Positions 52,517 through 64,000 of a stretch of 64,000 bases of DNA are shown piece after piece. Position numbers and translations under genes: made by a program. The stretch covers positions 33,728,001 through 33,792,000 of the forward strand of contig NC_043000.1 of the NCBI RefSeq assembly GCF_006345805.1, written 5' to 3'. The notes beneath the pieces are model-generated. The model had not been told where the DNA came from. It saw only the letters and a program-made list of their open reading frames with translations, and made no database searches. Position 1 is the first letter of the stretch; every line of letters begins with the position of its first letter. This DNA comes from Octopus sinensis (Eukaryota).

Positions 52517-52648
52517 TTAACTAACCGATTGACTGAATGGCTGATCAACTAACTAGATATACGAACTCTACTATCTAAATTACTGTTCTAACTATAGCAA
52601 CCAATTTCACTATCTATAAAAACTAATACCGCTACTAATAATAGTAGA

Positions 52649-53027
52649 AACAAGAGCACTCAGAGAGTGCAAACCTCCTCCAAAGCAACACTAACGTTCT
52701 CTCAACGATTAGTCAGAGATGTTTTTTTTAAATGAAAATATCTGAAATAAACTCGACTGCTCTCACAAACGAGGATACTAAAAATGAATCCGACCGCTCT
52801 CAAAAATTAAGTAAAACAAAAGACAGAAAAATAATCCAGAATCCTTGTCTGGTACCGGATCGATCCCAAAATCTAATCAGTTCGTGCCAGTTACAAGGCC
52901 AAAGAACCCTGAAAGTTTCATCCGAATCCATCCAGCGGTTCTTGAGATACCTTGTCCATGGACAAACAAACAAACAAACAAACATAACTGGAAACAATAC
53001 CTCCACTTTCGCTAAGGTGAAGGTAAT
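52649..53027 (+). mobile_element. Non-autonomous Helentron (HINE/DINE-1-like) element
   Basis: Begins aacaagagcactcagagagtgcaaacctcc, has an internal (CAAA)n, and ends in the hairpin tacctcc..ctaaggtgaaggta, which is complementary to the 5' subterminal repeat. Confidence 0.65.
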
Positions 53028-53574
53028 AATATGACAAGCAATAACACTGATAGCAATAATAATAATTAGCACAATAACTACAATGATGAATTAAATAAGA
53101 TCATCTATAAGTGATAATAATTGAAATGGTAGACACCCAAAATCGCGGCGCTAATTTTATTAAGGACACAAACAGATTGTATATTGTACAAGCTATTAAT
53201 ACTAATTAGAAGAAAATAGGAAGAGAAGTATCACATGTTTAATCCTCCTTTGCCTTTACATGCTGAAACTTACACATCTAAACATACTTTGAAACTTCTC
53301 AGCTAGGCGTAAATACCGCCAAATTTTCAATAGATTTACCGTTAAACTTTCTTACTCTACAACTCCCAATTTAGCAGATATCAGTATTTACTTTCCTAAG
53401 AGTTAGCTAATTACTAAAAGTAATAATTATGAAAGAAAAAATACGGATAATATCGCTGTTAGCAACAGGATTGATAACTTCTTTCAGTATCGCCATAGAA
53501 ATATAGAAGTGCGTGAATCTGTTTTTATACCTTTTTACAAAACACCGAGAAGAAGGATAATAAAATTAAGAGGG

Positions 53575-53910
53575 TAAAGACTCCCTTCAGTCATGAAAGA
53601 TCATGGGAATTGCTCTAAGATAGTTCCCCTTTGAGATACAAGTACGGCCAAGGTTGTTTGTGGAAGACCAGGTGTTGTCCATACATACCAGCATCTCCTC
53701 ACCACGCCACCGATGTTATCTACGGGAACAGCAAAGGCCGATATAGCATGGCACCAGTGACGTCGCAGCTCATTTCTACAGCTGAGTGAACTGGAGTAAC
53801 GTGAAATAAAGTGTCTTGCTCAAGGACGCAACAGACAGCTGAATTCGGGAATCGAACTCACAATCTCTCACTTGTAAGCCAGACGCTCTGACCACTTAGC
53901 CATGCGCCTT
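53575..53910 (-). mobile_element. SINE family C
   Basis: Reverse complement of the family C head and core. Confidence 0.75.
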
Positions 53911-54735
53911 AACTAATACAGCCTTATCATTGGTGATAAGGTTAATTACAAGCACTTGTCTTTTTCTAGTGAAAGTAGTAAAATGCAACCAGAAGAGATA
54001 TTACCGCTGAGAGTATAAAAGCGTGGGTAACAAAACACACGTCTTCCCAAACATTAAACAAGACGGTCAATAGGTCGATGGCAAACAGCGCATCACTATC
54101 TACTAATCTTTCTAATGCAAAATTATGTACCTGCAGAGTAGCTAATGAATGTCTTCTTAATGGGAGATTTCCTAAGGCAAAATACAGTCTATAAATGAAA
54201 ATCGGTCGCCATAACAGTATACAATATAATATGGGATCCATTTTTAATCTCTTCAAAAACTGTGACTTACCGCATAAGCATTCTCATATTTTTCGTGTCA
54301 CATTTACGCTTGCTTCGATCGATATATTCTTTTATTATATCTATGAGGCCACGTTTTGCACACACACACACACACACACACACACTTACTTTCCCCAATC
54401 TACGCTTGTATATGTAATACTTTGAGTTGCACAAAAATACTCACATGCATATTCCTACAGACACACTGAGATACATAAATACACATGGGCACAGACTTTT
54501 GTGTGTGTGTGTGTGTGTGTGTGGTGTGTTGGTGTGTCTGTGTGCGCACGCGCGCGTGTGAGTGTCTGTGTGTGTGTTTTTGTGCAACTTGAAGACATAT
54601 TATATGCATAGAGTTGGGATATTGTATATATATATGAATACATACATACACACATACATGCTTGTATATATATATTTTTTTTTCTGAAATCTATACATAT
54701 GTATACACGTGCGTGTATATTTATATGTATGTATG

Positions 54736-54777
<42 letters not shown>

Positions 54778-54894
54778 TATATATATATTATATATATATA
54801 CTAAGCAATAAAGGGTTTAGCAACGAATTGCCTTACCACATATCGCTGTTAGCGATATATATATATATATATAATTTGTGTGTGTGTGTACGTG

Positions 54895-54928
<34 letters not shown>

Positions 54929-55113
54929 TGTATGTTTGTATTGCGATTGAACTCCTGACCCGAACGCTAAGATTCTTATCAGATAAACTAAGAACGCTAG
55001 AATGTCCCCCATCTTTATTTATCTTTATCTCTACTTCATGTAGTATTTATGTTTAAAGTCAGTCATAAAGAGAGAGAGAAAGAGGGAGGGAGGGAGGGAG
55101 GGAGAGAGAGGGG

Positions 55114-55155
<42 letters not shown>

Positions 55156-55256
55156 AGAGTAAAAAAGCTGAAGAGATAAAACTAACTCCTGAATTAGCGT
55201 TTATCAGGTTTCAATAACGTTTACAGAAGAGTCTTCGAGATATATCTCTAAAAGTA

Positions 55257-55308
<52 letters not shown>

Positions 55309-55439
55309 ACACACACACACACACACATACATGCACGCGCATGTTGGCATGTACACATGTTCTACATGTTCATTCACAAAGAAACAACAATGGTGTAAAT
55401 AGCTCTATATACTACATACAGATTCGCTCTCTGTCTTCT

Positions 55440-55792
55440 ACTTTTTCTTCTTCTTCTTCTTCTTCTTCTTCTTCTTCTTCTTCTTCTTTCCTTCTTCTTT
55501 TCTTCTTCTTCTTCTTCTTTCCTCCTTCTCCTTCTTCTTCTTCTTCTTCTTCTTCTTCTTCTCCTCCTTCACCTTCTTCTTCTTCTTCTTCTTCTTCTCC
55601 TCCTTCACCTTCTTCTTCTTCTTCTTCTTCTTCTTCTTTTTCTTCTCCTTCTTCTTTTTCTTATTCTTCTTCTTCTTCTCTTTCTTCTCCTTCTTCTCAT
55701 TCTTCTTCTTCTTCTTCTCCTTCTTCTCCTTCTTCTTCTTCTTCTTCTTCTTCTTCTTCTTCTTCTTCTTCTTCTTCTTCTTCTTCTTCTTC
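55440..55792. repeat. (TTC)n tract
   Basis: Directly visible. Confidence 0.95.
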
Positions 55793-56481
55793 TATAGCGG
55801 CCTCTACTCTGAGTTTACCTCTCTTTATATTTTGCGTTTCTAGAAAGGTAAAAGATGAGAAAGGAAGCTTTGCCCATGAAATTTCAATGTGACATCAGCC
55901 TTGACCTTGCCAATCGTTCAGTGACCTTCTCATCTGGTGATTCTGGCGTGGTTGATTTTGGACACGAATCTATGTAGGTCGATGTTTGCTGGGATATCGT
56001 GTGGATGTGAAGCAATCAAATGAGGTGCTCATTTGTGAGTATAGGTTGTTGGTGGAATTTAGTCACAGATTAAGCCTGCTCGGGTTGATCTATAAAACAG
56101 ACATGACAGCATAGCCAACGCGTCTTAATAAACATCTGGAATTATTTTGGCAACGTACTTCCAGACGAATGATTTCGATTCGAGGAAATTTTGCTGCTAT
56201 TTCTATAGAAGCTGTCTCGATGGTTTATGGTAACAGAGACAGATAGGATGGTTTATGAGGGGTTAGCTAGGAAAAGACACAGCTGTGGTTCATAACGAAA
56301 TGGAGAGAAGAAACAACATGGCGGTCATTGATGGGCACATGAGTGAGTAAACTAATTGACCAATGTCCTTATTTAGTGATGTCATCAAAACCATTTGTAT
56401 ACATGCGTGTATAATCTTAGAGACCTTACACAAATCATGTTCCAATGGGGATTGTACTTGAATTCCTAGTCATTGCGCCTA

Positions 56482-56800
56482 GTGGAGGCACAATGGCCCA
56501 GTGGTTAAGGCAGTGGACTCGCGGTCGGAGGATCGCGGTTTCAATTCCCAGACCGGGCGTTGTGTGTGTTTATTGAGCGAAAACACCTAAAAGCTCCACG
56601 AGGCTCCTGCAGAGGATGGTGGCGACCCCTGTTGTACTCTTTCGCCCCAACTTTCTCTCACTCTCTCTTCCTGTTCTTTGAGTAACGCTGCGAAGGACTG
56701 GCATCCCGTCCAGCTGGGGGAACACATACGCCACAGAGACCGGGAAACCGGGCCTATGAGCCTGGCTAGGCTTGAAAAGGGCGCATAAATAAAATTAAAA
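56482..56800 (+). mobile_element. SINE family B
   Basis: Same head, with a cgggaaaccgggcctatgagcctggctaggctt tail. Confidence 0.85.
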
Positions 56801-57844
56801 AATTCCGAGTCACGAAGAGATGTCATAGTTCCTGCGATAAAGCTTACTAAAAATATATTTGTGACATCACTATGACTTAATATATTGTATAACTGTGTGG
56901 CGGCTTCCACAGTTGATAGCTCTGTAGGTGTGTTTCTAGTTTTGTCGTTCTCCAGCTGCTTCGCTATCAGCTCTTGTCTTTTAGACTCCAAGTAATGCTT
57001 TTATAAAACAGCGTCTCTTGAAATTCCCTTATTCAGTTATTGATCTTCTGGGACAGTCGATTCCAGCATTGTTTGAACAAATCTGACACAGCAACTGCAC
57101 AAGTTATATAAAATTAATAATATTATACCCATTATTCCCTCTCAGTATATTATACGACTTATATATTAAACAAGCAAAAGTAGGATCGTAAACAGATGGG
57201 ATGCTGTGTTCCGTATTAAATTCTGAAATTATCTACTGACTCTAAAACCTCGTATTGGAAGATCCCTTTCAACTTTAATTCGATTTATTAACGTAAAAGT
57301 TACATTATGTTTCTCAGCAAGAGTTGAGATTTATGTTGTTAGATATGTTCAGTTTGTCCTTAAAACTACAGAGATTCCTCAACACTTCATGCAAATTCAC
57401 GTGATTTGCTAGAAGTAGCAGCCAAGTTCCTTCAAATATAATCCCGCATATTCAATCATGAAGAACACATTGAGAAATAACCCAGAAATCGCGATACACA
57501 GATATTATTTTGAGCTAAGTGGGGGTGCTAGATTCCCTTGTTCGAAAATATAAGGACACAGATCGTGTCGTATGGCCAGCCGGAGACGGTGTCTCCTGGG
57601 GATAAATTATAGCAACATTAGTCCTAAACCAGGACTGCCATGTTATGTTGGCAAACAATCTTTACTACAGAGTACTGTTGCTGAATATCTCACGTTGTGA
57701 GATTTAAAAAAAGTAATTTTCTAGCATTGAGTAATATAAAAAAACAAAACAAAAAAAACTGAAGGCTGTTCACCACATGACCGTCTTTGATTGCTGACCT
57801 GGCTGACCAGCGTTGATTTGGGTCCAAACAACAATAACAACAAT

Positions 57845-57986
57845 TATTTATGCTTGGTCGGCCCGAGGCTTTAGTAGAAGACACTTGCCCAAGGTGCTAC
57901 GCATTGGGACTGAACCCGGAACCATGTGATTGGTAAGTTAGCTACTTACCATGTAGCCACGCCTGCGCCTCCTCACAGCCACGCCT

Positions 57987-57990
<4 letters not shown>
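57845..57990 (-). mobile_element. SINE family D head (related copies at ~46030-46130 + and ~40720-40812 -)
   Basis: gtagaagacacttgcccaaggtgc.acgca.tgggactgaacccggaaccatgtg, with a short duplication agccacgcctgcgc x2. Confidence 0.7.
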
Positions 57991-58026
<36 letters not shown>

Positions 58027-58063
58027 TGTGTATTTACATTTATATTATGTATATATATCTCAG

Positions 58064-58096
<33 letters not shown>

Positions 58097-58121
58097 ATAT
58101 TATTATATATATATATATATA

Positions 58122-58165
<44 letters not shown>

Positions 58166-58293
58166 ATCTATATACATATACAGACATACATATGCACACA
58201 TATATATACTATTATACATAAATAAGCATAAATATATGTACGTATGTGTATAAGTATCTGATCATGTATATATGCATGCATTCTTACTTGGAT

Positions 58294-58340
<47 letters not shown>

Positions 58341-58354
58341 ACACACACACACAC

Positions 58355-58406
<52 letters not shown>

Positions 58407-59631
58407 TATACATATTTATACTATCAAGAGACTTTCCGTTCATTGATGAGAATTCTTTCGACACAAGAGAGCGGTTACAGAACAGGGGCCACAACTCAGT
58501 GTTTTCGATTTCCCATTGGAAAATTTCTCATCATTGTATTGTCGTCGATATTTTTAGTTTGATTTATAAAACAGGGGTGGAGGTACGTACTCCATCTTAT
58601 TTTCATGATTACCGAGGATGGTGAGATCAATAATGGTTGTTACTCTATTTGCGTATTTATAGGTCGAAGTCTGATAGAATAACGGCTGCGGAAATTCAGG
58701 GAAAATCTGTGATGGCGAGGTTTGGAGAAAAAGTATTTATTTTATAGTTTAGTGAGAGTAGACATGTTAGAGGAAGAGAGAGAGAGAGAGAGAGAGAGAA
58801 AGAGTGAGAGAGAGAATGAGAGAGTGAGAGAGAGAGAGAGGGGCAGGGAGGGAGTAGTGTGTTTGAGTTGTGGGTTGTCGACGGTATAGAAATTGTATGA
58901 AGGTCAAAATAAAGGTTTGTCTCTCCTCGTAATGACTCCATATCGACTTAAAGTCAGATTGACATCAAGTCATATTAATCTCATCCATCGATCTCGAGTC
59001 AGAAATTATCAATTATTTATACCTATACAACACCAGTTGTCTAAAGCAAGCACTTTCAACCCTTGTGCCACCGTTGGTCCGGATGTGTCACAGGTTTTTG
59101 GAAGAATGGTTGAAAGTACCAAAAAATCTTTTAAAATGAATATTTTAATGCATCGGTGCCTGTGCATTCATTTGCAGGAATATGCCATGTGGGCATTGCT
59201 TCAAAATAATTTTCGTATTCGATTTTTTAAAGAATTTAATGTTGTGCTGTGGAACTTCTGTTGTTAGTTCAGGTTGAAAATCGCCGGATTAACGGTAATC
59301 TGTTTGGTTGATTGAGCTATACTGGGGCCAATTCAATCAACTGTTATTGAGAATATTTTATCAGCTCTAGAAAGATGTAAACAATTATCGATCCTGTAGC
59401 GAACTTTAATGGAGGCCGTGGAGGACATAGACACATGCGATGTATGTCACTCGGTTTAACACTCCCTCTATCTAGCGGGTACCTGGGCGGGAGTTCATTA
59501 TATAAACATTAGGCTTAGATGTCCATTACTTGGGTAACTTTCTCTCTCTTCCTCTTAATAATCAAAGGTACTTTGGAAATGGCCATCGTCGTTGCTGCTT
59601 TTCCTCCATTTAAATCTATCAACACTATTCC

Positions 59632-59950
59632 CCTCTAGGGCAGCGGACTTGCGGTCGTGGTGTTGCAGTTTCGATTCCCAGACCGGGCGTTGTGTTATTG
59701 AGCGAAAACACCTAAAATCCCACAAGGCTCTGACAGGGGGTGGTGGCAAACCCGGCTGTACTCTTTCACCACAACATTCTTTATCTCTTTCTTCCTGTTT
59801 CTGTTGTACCTGTATTTCAAAGCCATGTGTCACACTGAATCTCTCCGAGAACTGCGTTAAAGGTACACCTGTCTGTGGAGTGCTCAGCCACTTACACGTT
59901 AAGTTCACGAACAGGCTGCTCTATTGATTGGATCAACTGGAACCCTCATC
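59632..59950 (+). mobile_element. SINE family B
   Basis: tagggcagcggac..cgattcccagaccgggcgttgtg...gatcaactggaaccctc. Confidence 0.8.
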
Positions 59951-60158
59951 TCTCTCTCTTCCTCTTCCCACTTTCTCCCTCCCCTCTGATCTATCTCCTA
60001 TCTCTCCCTCTCTCATATCTTCCTCTCTCCCTCTTCTTCCCCTTTTTCTCTTGATATATCGTATGCTGTGAGCAAAACGCTGGAGCATGTCCCCTTGCCA
60101 AGACTGGCAATATCTCTGACTCTGCTGGGTATTGAACTATCACACTAACTTCAACCAC

Positions 60159-60587
60159 CAGGGCAGCGCTTGATTAACCATTAATCAAAATAAGCACGTG
60201 CTTAGGACATCAAAGGGAGTGGGGGCACCACAGAAACAGTAAATTATTTACGGCACAAAAGAATTCACTTCAAACTTGTTAAAATAATATTCGAAATAGT
60301 GTGTATGATGGGAAATATAATTTCAAAGTGGTCATGGTGTCGTTGTGAGGATTTGATCGAAGACTTTGGAATTAGGTAAAAGTAGAACATTTTGAAATAT
60401 AAAGTGGAGGCATAAAAGGATAAAAGAAACATTTTCTCCCATCTTATTCTTAGTTTTGTTTCATTTTGAAAACAAAAAAAAAAGTCATTTTGTGGCTTAT
60501 TATTCTTTATATTTTGAATTACGTACATATGGTGGCACCAAAATCTTTTAAGTGCTTAGGGCCTCAATGGATCTTAATCCCGCCCTG
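60159..60587. mobile_element. hAT-like MITE (CAGGGC...TTAATCCCGCCCTG)
   Basis: Ends cagggcagcgcttgattaacc and ttaatcccgccctg, with subterminal gtgcttagg and ggcacca repeats at both ends. TSD not preserved. Confidence 0.5.
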
Positions 60588-61133
60588 CGTCAAGAGGTCT
60601 CTCTGACTTTCATTCAGTGAATTATGATGCGTCCCATAGTTAGGTTTTTTACTCTCCTACACAATACCCAACGACTTTTACCAATCCATCAATGACCCAC
60701 TCGGTACTGTCTTTCCTTAAGCAGATGGTACCATATTGCTTGGAATATATATCATAAATTGTTTTCTCAAATTCATGTCACTGCGTCCGTAGAAAATTAA
60801 GAGAAGGAAAAACAAAACCAAAAAAAAAAACAACAGAAAAATATATTTGAAAACTACATTATTGTAGATGGGTATTTAATTGAGGTGTTAATTACCAGAT
60901 TCTGTAATTAATCACAGAAATTATGCTTTATGGGATGGGTACATGAATTGAATAGATGCCAGTAATTAAAGGGTCATCTTATCAATAATCAAATATTAAT
61001 GAAGTAATTATGAATTGTCATCTGACCACGAACATTTGCGAAGCGAGAATAAAACTCATCACGGATATTTTATCACGGGGTTGGTTTTGTTGCTACAATG
61101 AATCAGTCATTCATAGAGCTTATATATTTATAC

Positions 61134-61188
<55 letters not shown>

Positions 61189-61986
61189 CTCCCTTGCTCT
61201 CTTGTCCACCTAGCTTTTTCTAACCAGTCGCCATGATTGATCGCTAAATCCACAACTTTTTTATATTCTATCGCCCCCATTTGTCGAATTGCCAAGTTAC
61301 GAGGACGTGAACAAACCATCACCGGTTACCGAGCGGTACCCGGACAAACAGAAACACAAAGACATACATACGTACGTACACACACACACACACACGCGCG
61401 CGCGCACACACACACACATGATTCCGGACAGTTTCCGCATGCTAAATTCACTCATAGTGATTTGGTCTGCCCAGAAGACACCCAATGTGCCGCGGATTAG
61501 GATTGAACCTGAAACCTCGGCTGTGTTTGTGCCTGCATGAATTTAGTTCAACGATATGTATCTATGGCTGTACTTACATGCATATATGTATGCCTGTGTG
61601 TACATATATGTGTGTGTGTGTGCTTGTGAGTGTGTATATTTATATATATTTATAAATATATATATATATGTATATGTGCCTATGTATGTGTATGTCTGTG
61701 TGTGTATGTGACTTTGTATATTTATATGTATTTATAAATATATATATATATGTATATGTACCTATGTATGTGTTTGTATGCGTGTGCAGGTGTATGTGTG
61801 TATATGTATATATGTATATATGAATGTACGTGTGTGTATATGAATGTATGAATGTATGTATGTATGTATGTATGTATATATATGTATATATGTATGTATA
61901 TATGTGTGTATATATGTATGTATGTGTGTGTATGTATGTATGTATGTATGTATGTATGTATGTATGTGTATGTATGTGTGTGTGTA

Positions 61987-62040
<54 letters not shown>

Positions 62041-62326
62041 CGTATGTAGCTTATTTTTGAATGGTTTCCCACTATGTTTCGCCCAAATCTGTAAACCAAT
62101 ACAATAGATCGTTGCTGCTCTATTTATAAACAATCCAACAGGTTGAGGATGGGAGGGCGAGGAAGGGTTGCGAGTGGAGAAATGAGAGAGAGAGAGAGAG
62201 ACAGGAAGGGAGAGAGGGAAGAGGTAGTGAGTGAGGGAGGGAGTGCTGTACACTAAAACATGTAACAACTACATTTTTGTACCCTTTAGTATAATCCTTT
62301 GTTCGTTTTGTCCAAATATAACTCAC

Positions 62327-62461
62327 TTCTTCAGATCCTTACTCCACCATCCTTCAAGCGATCCGGTTCCGCTCCCACCCACGCATCTCTCAGTCTACAT
62401 ATTTAGACATCGTGCTTACTAACTACTACTTCTACTACTACTACTTCTACTACTACTACTG

Positions 62462-62503
<42 letters not shown>

Positions 62504-62700
62504 ACTACTACTACTACTACTACTACTACTACCACTACTGCTACTTGATATTGTTGAGCTGGTGGGCAGCACGTGATCTGCCGATCTGCCGCGATAGTGA
62601 AAGTAGTCTTGGTCACCGGAAGTTCCCCGAGACGCTTCGGTCGGCGTTCTGTTAATTTCCTGCCCATCTAGTGACTAATGTCGTGTTCATTACGGCAAGA
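62327..62700 (-). other. Probable non-coding first exon of the minus-strand gene (5' boundary approximate)
   Basis: Strong donor GAAGAA|GTGAGTTA (GT at 62326-62325) at the edge of a unique, CpG-rich island. No ATG-initiated frame reaches the donor. Contains an internal (TAG)n tract. Confidence 0.45.
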
Positions 62701-62760
62701 GGCAAACGGCAGCAGCCGCCGACATGATAGCATTGCAGATCGCCAACACACGCACCTACA
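62530..62760 (-). promoter_or_regulatory. CpG-rich putative promoter with an ETS site and an E-box
   Basis: Consensus ETS motif ACCGGAAGT at 62615-62623 and CACGTG at 62570-62575. CpG density is high compared with the AT-rich flanks. Confidence 0.45.
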
Positions 62761-62766
62761 TCGCAT

Positions 62767-62825
<59 letters not shown>

Positions 62826-63173
62826 AATATTATATATATATATATGTATATATACACGTACACGTACACTTCATATACAGAAACAACAACAACAACAACA
62901 ATAATTGTAGCATCCATTAGTCTTATAGTACCATGGCCCTATACCTAGAAAGCCACATACATACATACATACATACATACATACATACATACATACATAC
63001 ACACACACATACATACACATACATATATACATACGTAGATACACACATACATACATATATATTATATAATATATATATATATGCATACATTCAAAACACA
63101 AATGCATACATACAAAGAATCGTATATACATGCATATATGCATGCAAGCACCTTTGTGTATGTATGTAATATT

Positions 63174-63249
<76 letters not shown>

Positions 63250-63318
63250 GATAGATATAGATATATAGATAGATAGATAGAAAAAAGAAAAGGGAGAGAT
63301 GAGAGACAGCGTGTGTGC

Positions 63319-63360
<42 letters not shown>

Positions 63361-63721
63361 GTGAGTGTAAGTGTATGTATGTCAGTATGAAGAAATATGC
63401 TTTTCAATCCTAAAATAATTAAGGATACCTGAATGAACACACATCATACGCACGTGGATTTGTAAATACATAAATATTTTATGTATGTTTATATACGCTT
63501 TTCTATAAACGAATATGAATGCATATATGTGTGTGTGTGTGTGTATGGACATGTATGCACATAAATAATATCCTGGTGGCCCAAGGGTAGGTTTACAGTT
63601 ATCACGTAGGTACTTTAAATTTCTTTTAAAACATTTTATTACATTTAAATTTCTATCTTACAATTAACTAACTTAGCACAGAATAATGGTTTCATTTTTT
63701 TTTATTATCAAACTGTTAATA

Positions 63722-64000
63722 TATGGCCCAGTGGTTAGGGCAGCGGACTCGCGGTCATAGGATCGCGGTTTCGATTCCCAGACCGGGCGTTGTGAGTGTT
63801 TATTGAGCGAAAACACCTAAAGCTCCACGAGCTCCGGCAGGGGATGGTGGTGATCCCAGCTGTACTCTTCCACCACAACTTTCTCTCACTCTTACTTCCT
63901 GTTTCTGTTGTACCTGTATTTCAAAGGGCCGGCCCTGTCACTCTCTGTGTCACGCTGAATATCCCCGAGAACTACGTTAAGGGTGCACGTGTCTGTGGAG
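63722..64000 (+). mobile_element. SINE family B (runs off the window end)
   Basis: Near-consensus copy of the family B head. Confidence 0.85.

Noticed and set aside
58893-59267. 124-aa plus-strand ORF
   Set aside because: No recognisable domain or splice signals. The start resembles a decayed mariner-type end.

Overview
This is repeat-saturated, AT-rich eukaryotic genomic DNA. The SINE families and the very dense (TA)n/(CA)n/(TATG)n/(GATA)n/(TAA)n microsatellites point to a coleoid cephalopod, most likely Octopus; that assignment is an inference. Almost all supplied ORFs are translations of microsatellites or decayed retroelements. Real genic signal is limited to a minus-strand gene I cannot name. 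It has two phase-compatible coding exons (21328-~21538 and 20621-20741) and a probable CpG/ETS promoter with a non-coding first exon near 62.3-62.7 kb, implying an intron of about 41 kb. The rest is tRNA-derived SINEs, RTE and RLE (R4/Dong-like) LINE fragments, Penelope-like element (PLE) ends, hAT and TA-flanked MITEs, a Helentron-type HINE and a Helitron fragment. The most interesting unannotated signals are: (1) several hammerhead-ribozyme motifs from at least three PLE-type families, three copies with a complete core; (2) a ~190-bp repeated element with a non-canonical hammerhead-like core (CUGUAGA); (3) a spacerless 560-bp palindrome, a 1.5-kb foldback element with an internal Pol II-like promoter, and several long hairpins; (4) a pre-miRNA-sized hairpin that starts exactly at a candidate splice donor. 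No intact tRNA, rRNA or CRISPR array was seen. All alignments and folds were done by eye.
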